The position numbers and the translations under genes were made by a program. A stretch of DNA of 60,724 nt, the filler included, from Dugesia japonica (lineage: Eukaryota), in assembly GCA_001938525.1 (NCBI GenBank). It is 5 parts of 5 records of this genome, joined end to end, with 100 filler letters (N's around TTAATTAATTAA, not from the genome) between each part and the next. Parts side by side here need not be neighbours in the genome. Positions count along the whole stretch, not along the records: positions 41,792 to 51,196 come from MQRL01285867.1; positions 51,297 to 60,724 come from MQRL01628317.1; 3 more parts are not named here. One strand, given 5' to 3'. Positions 41,918-56,149 of this stretch are shown here, piece by piece. The stretch's first letter is position 1. Each line of letters opens with the position of its first letter. The notes beneath the pieces were generated by a model that saw nothing but the letters and a program-made list of their open reading frames with translations, searched no databases and had not been told where the DNA came from.

Positions 41918-42503
41918 TGATTATCTTTAATTATAATTTTCTCTTCAAATTCTTTCGGAAAACCATTCGGTTTTTTAGTAAACTTAATAGTTGGAGTGGC
42001 AATCTAGACAGATTTAAATCAGCAACTAAGATGTGTTATGAAGATTTTCACTAACTTTTTCATTACTGTCTAATTGAAAATCAGGTTTTTCAAAAGAAAT
42101 TAAATCCGAATTTTTCGGTGATATCAATGAACGACCTGGGATTGTTTGACTTACAAATTCATTTATTTGACAATTATTATCGACATCCGATTGGTTCTTG
42201 TTATCTTCATCGAAATTAATGGGAATTTCAGATTCATTATCAAGGAATATACTACTATGTTTTGAATTATCTTTCAAAGTTATACTGTCACTATTGCTAT
42301 TATTATCAATATCGTGTATTTTATCATTATTCTGAGAAATTTTATTAAGAAAATCTTCCATGTTTCTTTCAAGTTTAGAATCGTGTATTCTACCTGAGTT
42401 TGGTAAAGATGAATGTTTATTAACTTCACTTGCTGGTGAAGAAAAACTGTGATTAACAGTGACATAATTATCTGGTAAACTCATATTCAATTTTCAAATA
42501 TAT
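41918..42503 (-). CDS. Exons of an unidentified host gene (Asn/Ser-rich)
   Basis: 154-aa ORF at 42026-42490 preceded by an acceptor (tattcag). A probable short intron (~42004-42055) and a further small exon ending at the donor gtaggt (~41917) follow. Confidence 0.4.
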
Positions 42504-43390
42504 CTGAATACAAATTATTAAAAAAAATTTTTATTTCAAATTTACAATAAATTTTAAATGATGTTGTAAACCAGGTTAATTAACAATTTAATTACAAAAA
42601 TTGTTTAACCTTCAATATTTGTAAAAAATTTAAATATTACGTAGAGTAAATAAAANNNNNNNNNNNNNNNNNNNNNNNNNNNNNNNNNNNNNNNNNNNNN
42701 NNNNNNNNNNNNNNNNNNNNNNNNNNNNNNNNNNNNNNNNNNNNNNNNNNNNNNNNNNNNNNNGTAAATTTCTGAAAAATATTATAATCAAATATTCGGA
42801 TATATAACACGAAATTAAAGAAAACTTTTTTATCTACGCTTTCTTAATTCATTGATATTTTAAAAATGATTCAGTTGATCAAGTTGAACTGTAAATTGTA
42901 AAATAGAAAAGAATTTTTGTTTTTTTTTATTCTTTAAAGTTTTTGAATTTTATAAATGATTTATATAATATTGCGAAAATATTAAAAAAAGATTCTTATT
43001 TATTGTTAAATTCTTCGTAACTTACATTAAATTTTAAATTAAAGAACATGGAACTCTAAATATGATGGAATTCTTAAATATAAAGTGTTGGGTACATCTT
43101 CTAACAATAAGTGATTGTGAAATCACAACAATTAATTTCAGTTATTTTATTTCAAATTACAATCATGAAAATGTATCATAAACCTTTCTGAAATAGAAAC
43201 TAAAAAATTATTTAACATACTGTTGGGATTCTAGTCTTTTAAATTTGAGTTGCTTATAAATTTCCAAAAACTTTCATCCAATTTAGATTTTACCACTCAT
43301 TTATGTTACGAAACAAATCTTTACCAATGCTGCCTCGATCTAATACTTAAAATCCACAAGTAACTTAGTGGTATCACGTCTTACTCTATT

Positions 43391-43932
43391 TATAAGATAG
43401 TCTTTTAAAAACAGATTAAAATTTTTTGTTTTTTTTAAACAGAATTTATTAAAATCAAAAGTATGTTTAAATTTGTATCAGGAAAATAAGTTATAAAATA
43501 AATTCCTAAAATATAAATATTTTTAAGTAAAATAAATATAGATTAAATGAATGAAATATGTTAAGTGTTGAAAATGCAATATTAATAAAATTTAAAATTC
43601 CAAATAGATTTTTAAATAAAATAAAGTATCAGTTTAATGAATGAAATATGTTGCGTGTTTAAAATGTAATATTAATAAAATTTAAAAATCCAAATAGATT
43701 TTAAATAAAATAAAATATAAAATTTCAGGAATGGATTATGTTTAGTGTTTTTAAAAATTTAAGAAATAATAAAATTTTAAGAATTTAAATATTTTATATT
43801 TTCCGTTTTAAATATGAATTTTTAAATTTGTTTGGTAAAAGCAGATTTATGTTTAGAGTTTTGATTTTAATAAAGTCATGAAGTTGAATTCTGATGTTAA
43901 TGATTCGATGAGTTTTCCAAACTCACCTCACA
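43391..43932 (+). mobile_element. Solo LTR of the Gypsy family at 22.2-27.3 kb
   Basis: Starts tataagatag and ends ccaaactcacctcaca, like the LTR copies at 23208 and 22231. 5-bp TSD ctatt at 43386-43390 and 43933-43937. Confidence 0.85.
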
Positions 43933-45699
43933 CTATTGGCGTTAAGACATCACCGGCATTTACTTGCTCAGTTATTCTATTTGATAGTAATAAAGTCAAC
44001 TAATCCACCCAATTTTTTAAACAGCAAACTTATGTATTCAGTGGACTAAATATTATTTAAATAATGTTTCTTCGGCCTGTGGCCTAGCATTTCGATCCCA
44101 CCGCTCCTAGATTATAAACATTGTAAGATAGCAGCTGTAACTTCCTATCTTTCTTAGTTCACTATCGTTCAGAGTTTTCTCACGAATTTCTTCATAATTC
44201 TTATTGAAATATCAGGTTTAAAACAAACTATTCAATTAATGATCTTGCACAACAAAAAGAATTATTTTTACTATGACATCAAATTGCATAAAATAAATTT
44301 GGAATCATTGATTAAATATTGCAAAACAAAAATGATTGGTTATAATAGTTGTATTTTACATTTGCCAAAAGAATTTGATTTTAACACGGAACATATCAGC
44401 GGAGAAGGAAATTATTTTTTAAAAACATTGACTCATATACGATTTTTGAACTCTCATCATCTATTCAACTATTCATCTATTCTCCCTTGCCACAAAATTC
44501 TGTATTCGGATTCATCAACTAACACTTTAACTCTATACGGAATCCACCCATTACATCTCCTAGTTATTTTTTTATCACNTTCTCGATCTCATTTACTCAT
44601 TTTTAGACATTTGCGTTTCCCGTTTTAGATATAAGTTACTCGATCTTATTCAGTTCATTTTAAACTTATTTCGTTTCAAGATTATGGACTTAATTTACTT
44701 GGTTTCGTTCAAATCAATTTTAACCAGTTTAATTTCTCCTTTGTGGTATAATTTAATCAATCTCGTTTCTTGCATTTTTTGCCAATTTCATTTCATGACG
44801 GTTGACATAATTATCTCAATCTCGTTTTTGCGTTGATTGCTATACTTTTCTCATTTTTATTTCATATTAACCGACATAATTTTCTCAATTTCATGTTGCT
44901 CATTTATAACAACTTTTCATTTCACGAGAATTTTTATTATTTGTTATATTTCACGTAGTAACACGATTGTGTGTTGATCGGGCACTCGGAACACACAAAG
45001 AATTTTTCAAAAATCTTTTTATTAAAAGTTTGAAATAATAATCAAAAAATTTACTTTTGACTGTTCTGTGAGACTGCTTTTAATTGCTAAGCAAAACCTT
45101 TGTTATATAGAATCAACCGAATGTTCAAAATCTTAAAATTAAACTTAATAATGGAAATGGTGTTTCAAAATAGAATTAAAATTGTAGTTAAATTATCTCA
45201 AAACATTTTTCCAAAAATTATGAAAATTTTTTATTATTATTTTATTTTTTTGTTTGCAACTATGTTTTATATATTGAATGGAGTAGAACTTGGTGTAAAC
45301 TCATTTGCCCATCAATCATCAACTAAAATTCGGAAATCCGTTGATTCTATTAATGGACTAGCCTTCTATAATTCAATGTGCATCCCTATTCTCTAACGGG
45401 TGCAATTGTTTTTGTGCATACAAACTCGTTAGTCAGATTTTAAATCAGTCACCTCGAATGACCTCTGAATTATTTTGGTTAGTTGCTGATGTAAGTCTTT
45501 GTCTGGCTAAACGTGATTCACTGGTTTGATTACTATTTTTGTGTTCAACAGACAAAGCACTGGGACCAAAATTAATTAACATATTATTAATATTATCGAA
45601 CGCTAAATAGCTCGATTATAGGGTCATAGAGACCACTTTAATATAATATTATAGTATTTTAAATATTGTTTATTATTTGTCTAAACATTTTCTTCATAA

Positions 45700-46860
45700 T
45701 TATCAAAAAAAAACATTTCTTTCTTCCAAATTTGGGTCCGCTAAGCCTAATTTTCATTTTTCGGTTTTTTATACTAATTCCATAATAATTATAACCATAA
45801 TAATTATAATATAATAATGATAATAATAATTATAATTGTCAAATTTTCTGGTCCAGTTTAGTAAATTTCTTAATTTCGGCTCCTTTTATTCACTTGTCCG
45901 GACACTTTTTTAACTCTTTAATACTCCGTTATTCAGGCTTTCTAACCCAACAATACTTTCAATAATTTCTATGGGTTGAAATATTTTAAATATTATTTTT
46001 TGTACATTCCTCTTCTTACGAAACGTTGCTTTTTATTGGGCTAGATTAATTGAAAATTGAATTTTAGGAAATATCTTGCCTCTATATGTCTGTATGGATA
46101 TAGGTTACACGAATCTATATATTCAATTTTTACTTATTTATTTAACAACAGATGTTTTGTCTTGTTTTATAGGCTAACAAGCTTACTGTGTCGATATATT
46201 ATTACTAAAACCTATTTCTTTTAAAACTTTGATTCATCAGAATGAACTATATTAATGACAATCTGTTTTAACGCTCCAAATTTGGTTCGAAGTTGTTAAG
46301 ATTCTTTCGTTTCACCTGTATGTATTTCATTTATTTGAAATTAAACATTTTTTAATTTATGTTAAATTATTCAAAAAAAAGATGATTGTATAAAGTAAGT
46401 TAGTTTCTTCATTCCCAAGTGACACAATTCTTCATAAATGTAATTCATTAAATCAACCACTGATTTGCATGCTTGAACAATTTTCTTTGTATTTTTATAT
46501 CAACAAACAGTAATATATTTTCTTCCATAACGAATGTATTAATATATCTGAAGTAATTACTTTTATTTAATTTTTTTTAATTTGAAAACGTTTATCTTTA
46601 ATATATTCAATAATCTCTTGGGTCATTACTAACTCTAGATTTTCTACCTTTTATATCGTGACAAGTCATCAAACATTGGGTGTATACACTTTCTCCTATT
46701 CTTGATAATCCATCAGCATTCCGATTGAAGATCAAAATCAAATTCTTATAATAATTCGTCTATCTTGCATATAAATGTACGGGTTGTCTTCTTGGATTTA
46801 TTAATGAGTTCTCTATTTAGTTTTAAAGTAAATAGTCATATTTTTTAAGCTACATCAAAT
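45700..46860 (-). mobile_element. Highly decayed Gypsy pol-like remnant
   Basis: Minus strand NRNADGLSR (~46700-46730), the end-of-RNase H motif. The rest is poorly readable. Confidence 0.35.
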
Positions 46861-46931
46861 TTTGAATTCATAAAAATGTGGTCATATTTATAAAGTAATT
46901 CAATTATTCTGAGTAGATGGATCCTAGCGCA

Positions 46932-49900
46932 TGTAGTCACCCCCCACGGGAGAATTTATTTTTCAAATTGGCTACGTATATATCGATTTTATTGGTCGAA
47001 AATTACAAGTGGCTACGAATACTCGATTCTAATTGGCCGAGAGTTTGTTACTATTTATACTCGATTGGGATTGGTTAAAATTTGTAAATGAAAATAAATG
47101 CGCGGTAATTCAAATTTTCATATTGACTTTCCTTCGCAATACTTCATGGTATCATTGGGTGCGTGATGATGCAACGATTTTCGAGATGCAATCCTCAGTT
47201 CAATCAAACGTGACGGTGAAAAGTTTAAGGATGAAAGAATTAAAACTTGCTCAGCCTCCATTTTTGTTCGGATCAAGGTAATCGTAGTAACAAATAACAA
47301 AGAATAAAAAATAATAACATTACATAAAACTTCCCCTTTTAAGACTGGAGGTTAATACAACAATTGAAAAATAAATATAATCAAAAATTTACAATTAAAT
47401 ATTTACATCTGGACATTCTTAAATAATATATTTGACGTAAGATATAATAAAAAAATGTACAGGGGAACATATCTGACGTAAAATTTATAAAACATTTACA
47501 ACACAATATGTTTGATATTTTATTTTGTTATTTGTTAGTATTGCTTGTGTTTTTATGAAGAGTTTTGTGTGATTTTATGTACTGAATGTAACGCGTTTTG
47601 TTTTTTGGGTATATAGTATGGTTTGGTTCTTCTGACTTTTATTTTCATTTCTTTGTCATTTATGATTAGGGTTGCAACATTTTTGTCGACTTTTAAGAGT
47701 CTATATGGGCCTCAATATTTTGATTCAAAGCTTTTTGTGAAAGTTTTATTTACTAATGCATAGTCAGTTGTAAGCACTGTTTAATACTAAGGTTGTATTT
47801 TTTGCTCTTTTAAGATGCTCTTTAGTTTATTTCTTATTGTTTAATTATCGTTATTTTCTATTTTTTCTTTTGTTTTCGATTTTGTTGTTTTGTTTTCTTT
47901 CAAGTTAAGAATGATTGTTGGTTTTTCCCATACCATTTGGCTTAGGCTTTGATTCTTTATTGAGCTTGGATTATTGCGTAGTCCTATCAATGTCTGTAGC
48001 AATTTTTCGAGTCATGTTCTGTCGTTTGCAATTGTTTGCAGAGTTTGTTTTAGTGTTGTGTGCAATCTTTCTATCTTTCCGTTACATTGCGGTTTGTATG
48101 CAGTAGTTCTGCTCTTTTTTGTGTTTTATTTGGAGCACATTTGTTTGAATATTTCGAACACGAATTGTCTACCTTGATCGGTTATTAATATTTTTGGTTG
48201 TCCGTACCTGGCAAACCAGTTTAATTCTATATTTTTGCAGATAATAGTTGCGGAGATTTCTTTCAATGGGATAACTTCGAACCAGTTTGTTTATCTATCA
48301 ATCATTGTTAGCAAGTATTTATATCCATCTTTTAGAGTTAATGGTCCTACTATATCCACATGTATGACTTCGAATGTTTCACTGCTGGGAAAGTTAACTT
48401 TATCAGTTTTGAGATTTTTTGTTATTTTGTTTTTCTGGCAGTTTGTGCAAGTTTTAACAATTTCCTTAATTTCTTATCTCATATTTGGCCAGATGTATTA
48501 GTTATGAATCATGTTGCTTTGTTTCCGGGGTGGTGGTTGTTGTGGATTCGAGTTATATATGCATTTCTATATTCATTTGGTAGAAGTATTCTTATGTTTC
48601 TTTCGTTTTGCATATCACACCACATATTGTTTATTTTTGATAGTTTTAATGAGTGTTTTGTTGGCAATTCAATAATTCTTTCGAATTGTTTTTGTCTAAT
48701 TTCCTTGATGTCAAAACAGTCACCAAATTCGATCTGATTGACCTCACTTTGGACTCTTGAAAGTACATCGGCTGCTACATTTGATGCCCTGGCTATGTGA
48801 TTTATTTTGCAATCGAATTACGAAATAAAATTCAATTGACGTATTTGTCTTGGTGAAGGTGTTATCATAACCATTGCGTTTTCTCAATGCTTGTGATCCG
48901 TATATATTTCAAATCTTTTACCTTCCAAAAAGTATTTAAAGTGTTTTATTGCCTCCTGTATTGCGAGTAGTTCTCTATCAAACATTGAGTAGCGTGTTTC
49001 ATGCTTTTTCAATTTCTTGGAAAAGAATCCTAATGGTTGTTTTCCGTGTTTGTTTTCCTGAAATAGTGTAGCTCCCATTGCGATTCCTAAACAGTCAGTT
49101 GTTAGAATGTATTCTTTGTTTGAATCAGCGTATTTCAGTAGTGTTTTTTTATAGGCTGTTCTTAGCATTTTCAAAAGCTTCAGTATTTTCTTTTGTCCAG
49201 TTTATTTTAACATTCTTTTTAATTTTGTTTAGGTCGTCCAATGGTGCTAAGATTTTCTGCATTTTGGGATATAGGAATGGTAAAAGTTTACCATGCCTAA
49301 AAATCTCCTAGTTCTCTTGTTGTTTTGCGTAGTTCATAATTTTTTATATTTTAAGCTTTTTTTCAATTGGTCTTGTTCCTAAGTTATTTAATGTATGTCC
49401 TAGGAATTCAATTTCTTCCTTAAGAAATTCACATTTCTTTACATTTAATTTTAAATTGTTGTCGTCCAATGTTTAAAAAATTCTTTCTATGTCCGTTAGA
49501 TGTTTTTGTTTTGTCGGTCTTGCAATTAAAATATCATCTAAATATGATTTTGCATTTTTATTTTCTTTTAGTATCTGGTCCATAAATCTTTGACGCTGCG
49601 TTTCTAAGTCCGAAAGGCATCATATTTTATTCAAACATTCCTATTGGTGTGACGATAGCTGTTTTTGCTACGTCTTCTTTTCTGATTGGGATGTGGTTAG
49701 AAGCATTTTGCAAGTCGGTTTTTGAGAAGAACTTAGCTCCGTTTACCCTGTTTATTATGTCTTTGATAATGGCTAAAGAGTAACTGTCTGGAACTGTGGT
49801 TTTATTTAACATCCTGTAATCACCGCAAGCTCTCCATTTGCCATTTGATTTTTGTTTGAGCATTAGTGCGAATGACCAGTTTGATTTTGACTGGTTGACA

Positions 49901-51050
49901 ATGTTACTTTTTTCTAAATTTTCGAATAATTTCGTTGTTATTTCCGTTTTGTTAGGATCTAGTTGCCTAACTTTAGCATGCACCGGGTTACCATTGATAA
50001 TGATGGCATGTTCTGTTATACACGAAGAATTTCCTGTTATTTGTAATTCTTTTGTGATAGGCTTATATTTCTTTAATAAGTTTTTTATTTCGTTGGGGAT
50101 TGTTTTGATACTGTAGCGTGGGTTAGTGCAGTCTATTGGGTTAGTATTTATCACTCCAATTTCTATTTTGGGTTTGTAGTTCTGTTAGACTGTGTTGTAT
50201 TTATTGGGGGTGCTATTGTTTAAATTTTCAATTAATTTTCTATTTCGACAATCTAACAGCAATTTGTGGGATGTCAGGAAATCCGCTCCTATTATAGCCT
50301 GTTGAACTTCAGCAATTGTGAAAGTCCATTTGTAGGTTCTGTTATTGACGGTGATTTCTATTTGTTTTTCAGCAAATGCGTAAATTTTTTAACCGTTTTC
50401 GGCAGTTAATGTTTTGTTTGTTTTCGGGCATTTTTTGTATAGAGAGTGTGGAGTAAGAAAATTGTTGAACGAGTATCTATTAAAAATTCAGTTTGATTTG
50501 AATGCACGATAAAAGTGCGATTGTTGTCACCGAATGTAGGTGCTACCACTGGTGACTTTTTCAGTTTCCCTGGTTGGGATTTAAATGAAATTTAAATGTT
50601 ATTTAATAAATGTTATTTAATAAATTTTGTTTTATAAATCTTGTTTTTATTTTATGTAATATTAATTAATTATACATATTATACAATTATACAATTAACT
50701 ATTACCTTGACTATTTTTTACAAATTTTTTGTCGATTTTTGTATGAATTAGCGATTTCATTAAATTCAATCATGTCGTCTATAATCAAATCTAAATCCAT
50801 AATTATTAATAAAAAGAAAATTAAATTTGTTTATAGTATGTTACTGTATTGCAATGTCTTTGTTGATTTTGACTCCATATTTTCTTTTTCTTTGTTTATT
50901 GTTGCCGCTAAGCTGTATTAGTCTTTGCTAAACTTACATCTGAATTTCTTTGTAAAATCTGAATCCGATTTGCATTATTCCTTGTTTATTTGCAATCATG
51001 TTGCATTTCTTTGTTCAATCAATAATTTTAGTCCTAAAGAGAACTGGTAT
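46932..51050 (-). mobile_element. Ty3/Gypsy LTR retrotransposon (second family), decayed
   Basis: Protease FLIDT../IIGADFL, RT WRACGDYRMLN/KTAIVTPIGMFE/YLDD, RNase H RELLAI..IYTDHK and integrase. PPT aaaaggggaag precedes a 3' LTR at 46932-47324 with TG..CA ends. Confidence 0.92.
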
Positions 51051-52049
51051 ACGTTCTCATACATATATATATTTTATCTGGTTCAATTTATTTTTTTTTC
51101 AATAAAGACGAACTAAAAAAAGAAATTGACTTTAATAATATAAATAATAATAATAATAATAATAACTTTACTTTTTCATTTATTAACTAAATAAATNNNN
51201 NNNNNNNNNNNNNNNNNNNNNNNNNNNNNNNNNNNNNNNNTTAATTAATTAANNNNNNNNNNNNNNNNNNNNNNNNNNNNNNNNNNNNNNNNNNNNTAAC
51301 TTAAAAAATTTTTAAATTTCCTCAAAAAATTTTTATAAGGTTTTTTACACTTGTCAAGAAATTCAGTTCTATCTTATTTTGCTCCTAATTTTCATTTGAT
51401 AAAAATAAATTTTTATAAAAGATTTTAAAATACCAAATTCTCTACTCAATGGAAAATCAGATCTTAGTTTCAATTGGTTTTCGATTTTATTATAATTAGA
51501 ATTTAATAATGAAATAACAATAAATTATAATTCCACGTGGATTTATTAAATAAAAATAATGAATATTAAATTTAAAAATTAAAAAAAAATATTTTTTATT
51601 TTACATAAAACCAAAATTGTCTAAAAAATACATACTTGAATTTTACAGAAACTGTTTTTCTTGCTGCTTTAAATAAATTCAATTTTTCAATATTTATTTG
51701 TCAGTAATATATGATAAANNNNNNNNNNNNNNNNNNNNNNNNNNNNNNNNNNNNNNNNNNNNATTAAAATAACTAAACAAATTAACAGCTTCGTTTAGTC
51801 AATGTCAATTAAAAAATTTTCAATATTTTTGTGGTGAACATTTAAAATTTATCGGAAAAATATTTCGTTGATTTTTAATTGTTATTTTTTTATCTGTATT
51901 TTAGAAACTTTATTTGGCTGGGAAAAATATAATTCTTGTCAAGATTAATTCATTTGGTATAATACAAAATTGCGGACTTTTTGTTTTATTTTTGTAGAAC
52001 GTTTACAGTTTTTAACGAAAAGAAATTAATACAGTTAACAAAATAAATG

Positions 52050-53030
52050 TTCAGAACATGTTAAAGAAAATAATATATATATGTATATACAATACGCAAA
52101 AAATTAAAATAGTTTACTGGACACAGTTAGATGAAATTATATCAATAACAAAATTAAATTATTTTCCAAAAGAACAAATTGTGGAATATCTGGGATACAA
52201 ATCACAAAGAAAATTATCAGATCTCAATCGGCAGTCACTAAATTTCTTCAAGATTACAAGTCGACTTCGAACTATGAACGTAAAGTTGTTGGTGGAAGAA
52301 AAAGAAAAACAACCAATACTGATGATCAAAATATTGTGTCTGTGGCAATAAATGCTCTTACCATTTTAGTGAGACAAATCAAATGGGGTCCAAATATGAA
52401 TCTATCGACAAAAAATTACACAAAAGGGGGATATTATTTGCATTTTTAAGTGAGAAAACCGTTTGTATCCATTATTAATCAACAAAGACGATTGAAATNN
52501 NNNNNNNNNNNNNNNNNNNNNNNNNNNNNNNNNNNNNNNNNNNNNNNNGGCAAAAGAGCAACTAAGTTGAAGTATAGAAGAATGGAAAATGTTAATATGG
52601 TCAGATGAATCACCATACGTGTTACAGTTTCAGCACTCAAAACACGTTTGTAGACTTCAAAATGAGCGTTATTCCAAATCATGCATGACAGGAACAGTCA
52701 TTAAAGATAAAACAATAATGATCTTGGGATACTTTACCTCACATGGTGTTGGAAGCCTATGTAGATTAAAAGAAACTGCGGAAAAAGAACACTATCATCA
52801 AATAATAATTAAACAAATGGTACCTTCAACAAATTTTTTCTCTGAGGATAATTACATTTTCCAGCATGACAACGATCCGAAACACAAAGCGAAAATTATT
52901 CAAAAATATTTGGAGAGGAAAAATATTTAAACTTTGGACTGGCCATATCAAAGTTCAGATTTAAATCATATTGAAAACGTATGGATTTTTCTGTATAAAC
53001 AACTTTCAGATAGAAATCCACGACATAAAA
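52050..53030 (+). mobile_element. Tc1-like transposon remnant
   Basis: IWSDES, IFQHDNDPKHKAK and LDWPYQSSDLNHIENVW (DD34E). Confidence 0.9.
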
Positions 53031-53034
53031 ATTA

Positions 53035-54302
53035 ATTATAAGTTGCCGAATTTTTTTAACTAAGAAGAGATAACTAAAATAAAAAAACTTTATTATAAAA
53101 ATTCATTCTTGGAAATATTCTACATTGCTTGTCAATACTTTCTTCCATCTTTACCGATTCCGTGTTTTAAAAAATCCTCACTTTTTGAGGCGATCCCAGA
53201 TGCGAGCCAGTTTTTAGTATNNNNNNNNNNNNNNNNNNNNNNNNNNNNNNNNNNNNNNNNNNNNNNNNNGAACATGTGGTAATCTGTAGGGGCAATATCA
53301 GGCGAATACGGCGGATGGGATAGAACTTCCCATCTGAGCGTTTCCAAGAATGTTTTAACCGTTTGCGAAACATGTGGCCGAGCATTGTCAGGTAGCAAAA
53401 TGACTTTATCATGCCTATCGGCATAATATGGCTGTTTATCCTTTAATGCTCGGCTTAAATGCATCAATTGAACTCAATACTAATCCCCTGTGATTGTTTC
53501 ATTCGGTTGCTGCAGCTCATAATATATGATACCAAGCTGATTTCATTAAATACACAATATGAGTTTTGAACATGAATATTTGGTTTGCTTGTCGATGTAG
53601 ATACATGGCCCGGCTGTCCCCATGATCTTTTTCGTTTCGAATTACTATAATGAATTCATTTTTTATCGCTTGTAATAATGCGATGTAAAAACCTTTTCCG
53701 TCTTTGCCGTTAAAGCAATTGTTCACACGTACACAAACGTCTCTCAACGTCTCTGGGCTTTAAATTGCACGGTACCCAAGTTCCCTGCTTTTGGATCATT
53801 CAAAGTGCATGTAAACGTTTGGCAATGGCAGAACGATCAACTTTCAATGATTTTGCAATTTGTTCTTTCGTTTGGCATGAATCTTCACGGAGTAAGGCTA
53901 TAAGATCTTCATCATCAAACTTTTTTGGCCGTCCAGATCGGCCTTTGTCAGTTATGACATATTCTTCATTCTTCAAGCGATTTTACCATTCAAAACTCTG
54001 CGTTCTTGACAAGGCATATTTCTCATGTTTGTAATAACAAATTATGAATTTCATCAGCTGTTTTGTTAGATAAAAAGTAGCCTAACAAAACTTCCCGCAA
54101 GTGCTGTTTATTCCGCCAATTTTCAAATATTTCCATGTTGGGTTATAAAATAATCAATATTTAAAAAAGACATTTTCATACTGGAATTAATAGATATTTG
54201 TTGACAGTTTCAAATAACACATATATCATTAATGTATTTTAATTGCATATTTCAATTGTGAAGTCTTTTATCTGAATCCGGAAACTTATTTATACACCTA
54301 AT
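53035..54302 (-). mobile_element. Mariner transposon, near full length, decayed
   Basis: DRSGRPKKF, GTWVP, LLPDNARPH and HPPYSPDIAPTDYHMF (DD34D). TIR tattaggtgtataaataagtttccg at the right end. Confidence 0.92.
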
Positions 54303-54364
54303 ATATTTATGAGGATCAATAGATGAGGTTGTAATTTTTATTTAAACTTTAACTTTAATTTCAG

Positions 54365-55500
54365 TGGAAGGATAGTAGCACATTGGAACATTACCCCTCA
54401 ACCTGCATAATGCTTTTCAAATTTTGGTGTTTTGACTGTTTTTTTGAATTCGGGTTGGAACTGGCAAATCTTTGCTCGGGAAGGTCGAATGTCAATTTTT
54501 CAATTAATTTTTATCGTATGGTTTCGAATTCGGTATTGATTGTCTTAGAATTGAAACGTGAACATTTTTTGTATAGGGTTTGCTACAAATATATTCTTGG
54601 TTTTATATGAAAATGNAANNGTNATACTGGGACAGTTTGATTTGTTTTATAGATTTCTCGGTCAGTACTTATTGTATCGCTTTGTAAATGAAACTATTCG
54701 ATTCAGAATAAAATCCTGAACATTTATTGTATAGAATTTGTTGTATAGAAATGTTTCATTCATGAAATAATATATAATTATATAATTAATTATGTAATTA
54801 TAATTATAATTAAATTAATAATAACGTTTAAAATATTTTATACTATTCAACTCAGAATAGACAGTTGGACATGTTTTGTATAGGGTTTGTTACATGAAAA
54901 TCCTTCGTTCAGAAAATAATATATATAATTAATTATAAATTATAATTATAATTAAGATAATAATAATTTTTAAAATNNNNNNNNNNNNNNNNNNNNNNNN
55001 NNNNNNNNNNNNNNNNNNNNNNNNNNNNNNNNNNNNNNNNNNNNNNNNNNNNNNNNNNNNNNNNNNNNNNNNNNNNNNNNNNNNNNNNNNNNNNNNNNNN
55101 NNNNNNNNNNNNNNNNNNNNNNNNNNNNNNNNNNNNTAGGTCGAAAACATATTCATGCAAAACTTCTGAAAATGCTTCCTTCCATATGAAAATCAAGGTC
55201 AAAGTTTTTAATTAAAAATTTCAATAAATTATTACTCGGTGAAAAATTATCGTATGAGGTTAAATTTACTATCAATATTCTTAGATTTAAAAGTTCTTTA
55301 TTTGCTATATAAGGTTTGTTATAAGAATATTATTGGTTTTCTTGGAAATGGTAGTAGCGCATTGGAACAGTTCAACTTTAGTTTATAAATTTCTTAGTCT
55401 ATATTAATCGTATGAGCTCAAAATAAGTGTCATTAAACTCCGAAAAAAAGCTGAACATTTTATGTTTACGGTTTGCTGTATAAAAATGCTTTTGTCTAAT
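54365..55500. repeat. Copies of the dispersed repeat seen at 34420-35035
   Basis: Shared terminus tagtagc(a/g)cattggaaca at ~54372 and ~55352, and shared gtatagggtttg subrepeats. Confidence 0.7.
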
Positions 55501-55912
55501 AATTTTATTTCATGTGTTAATTTTAATTCATTGTCATTAAATTTCAAAATTTTACATTTTATTTTAAATTCATGATTTTTCNNNTATATGTCAAATTTTA
55601 AGAATTTTTATAATATAAATTTTTATTTACTTTTAAAAATAAGCGTTAAAATTTTTAAAAGCTATTTACATTGAAAAACTAAAAACTGAAAAATAATAAA
55701 ATTACATTGTTAAAAAATTAAAACTATTAAAATATTGTTATTGGTAACACATGTAAAATTTAAATTTTCAAAATTTACAAAATTTACAAAATAAATCTAT
55801 TGACAACAATAAAAAAATACAAATTTAAATTACAAGACTTATTAATTACACATAATTTTTTCTAATAGTACATATTTTTCTAAACATAATGTGGTTAGAT
55901 TACATTAATTGT

Positions 55913-56029
55913 GATTTCATTAAAATAAGANAAGGCTTCGATCGAAGCCTTATCTTATTTTAATGAAATCTCAAATCCGATCAATGGTTAAGTCCAACAA
56001 TTATTCTCACAATAATTGTAATTATAAAA
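55913..56029. mobile_element. 117-bp insertion with 58-bp palindrome and 12-bp TSD
   Basis: Direct repeat tacattaattgt at 55901-55912 and 56030-56041. Palindrome at 55913-55970. The body matches ~11062-11148. Confidence 0.8.
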
Positions 56030-56149
56030 TACATTAATTGTCTAAAATTAAATTAAATTATTGTAATAAATTAAATAATTTACTGATTCGATTAAGCACG
56101 TGATAAAATACTAAATGTAATGTAAGGTGTAGTATTCATTTGCTTACTC

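Noticed and set aside
44239-45396. ORFs 44239-44628 and 45100-45396
   Set aside because: No motifs or supported splice structure. They are plausible chance ORFs in AT-rich DNA.
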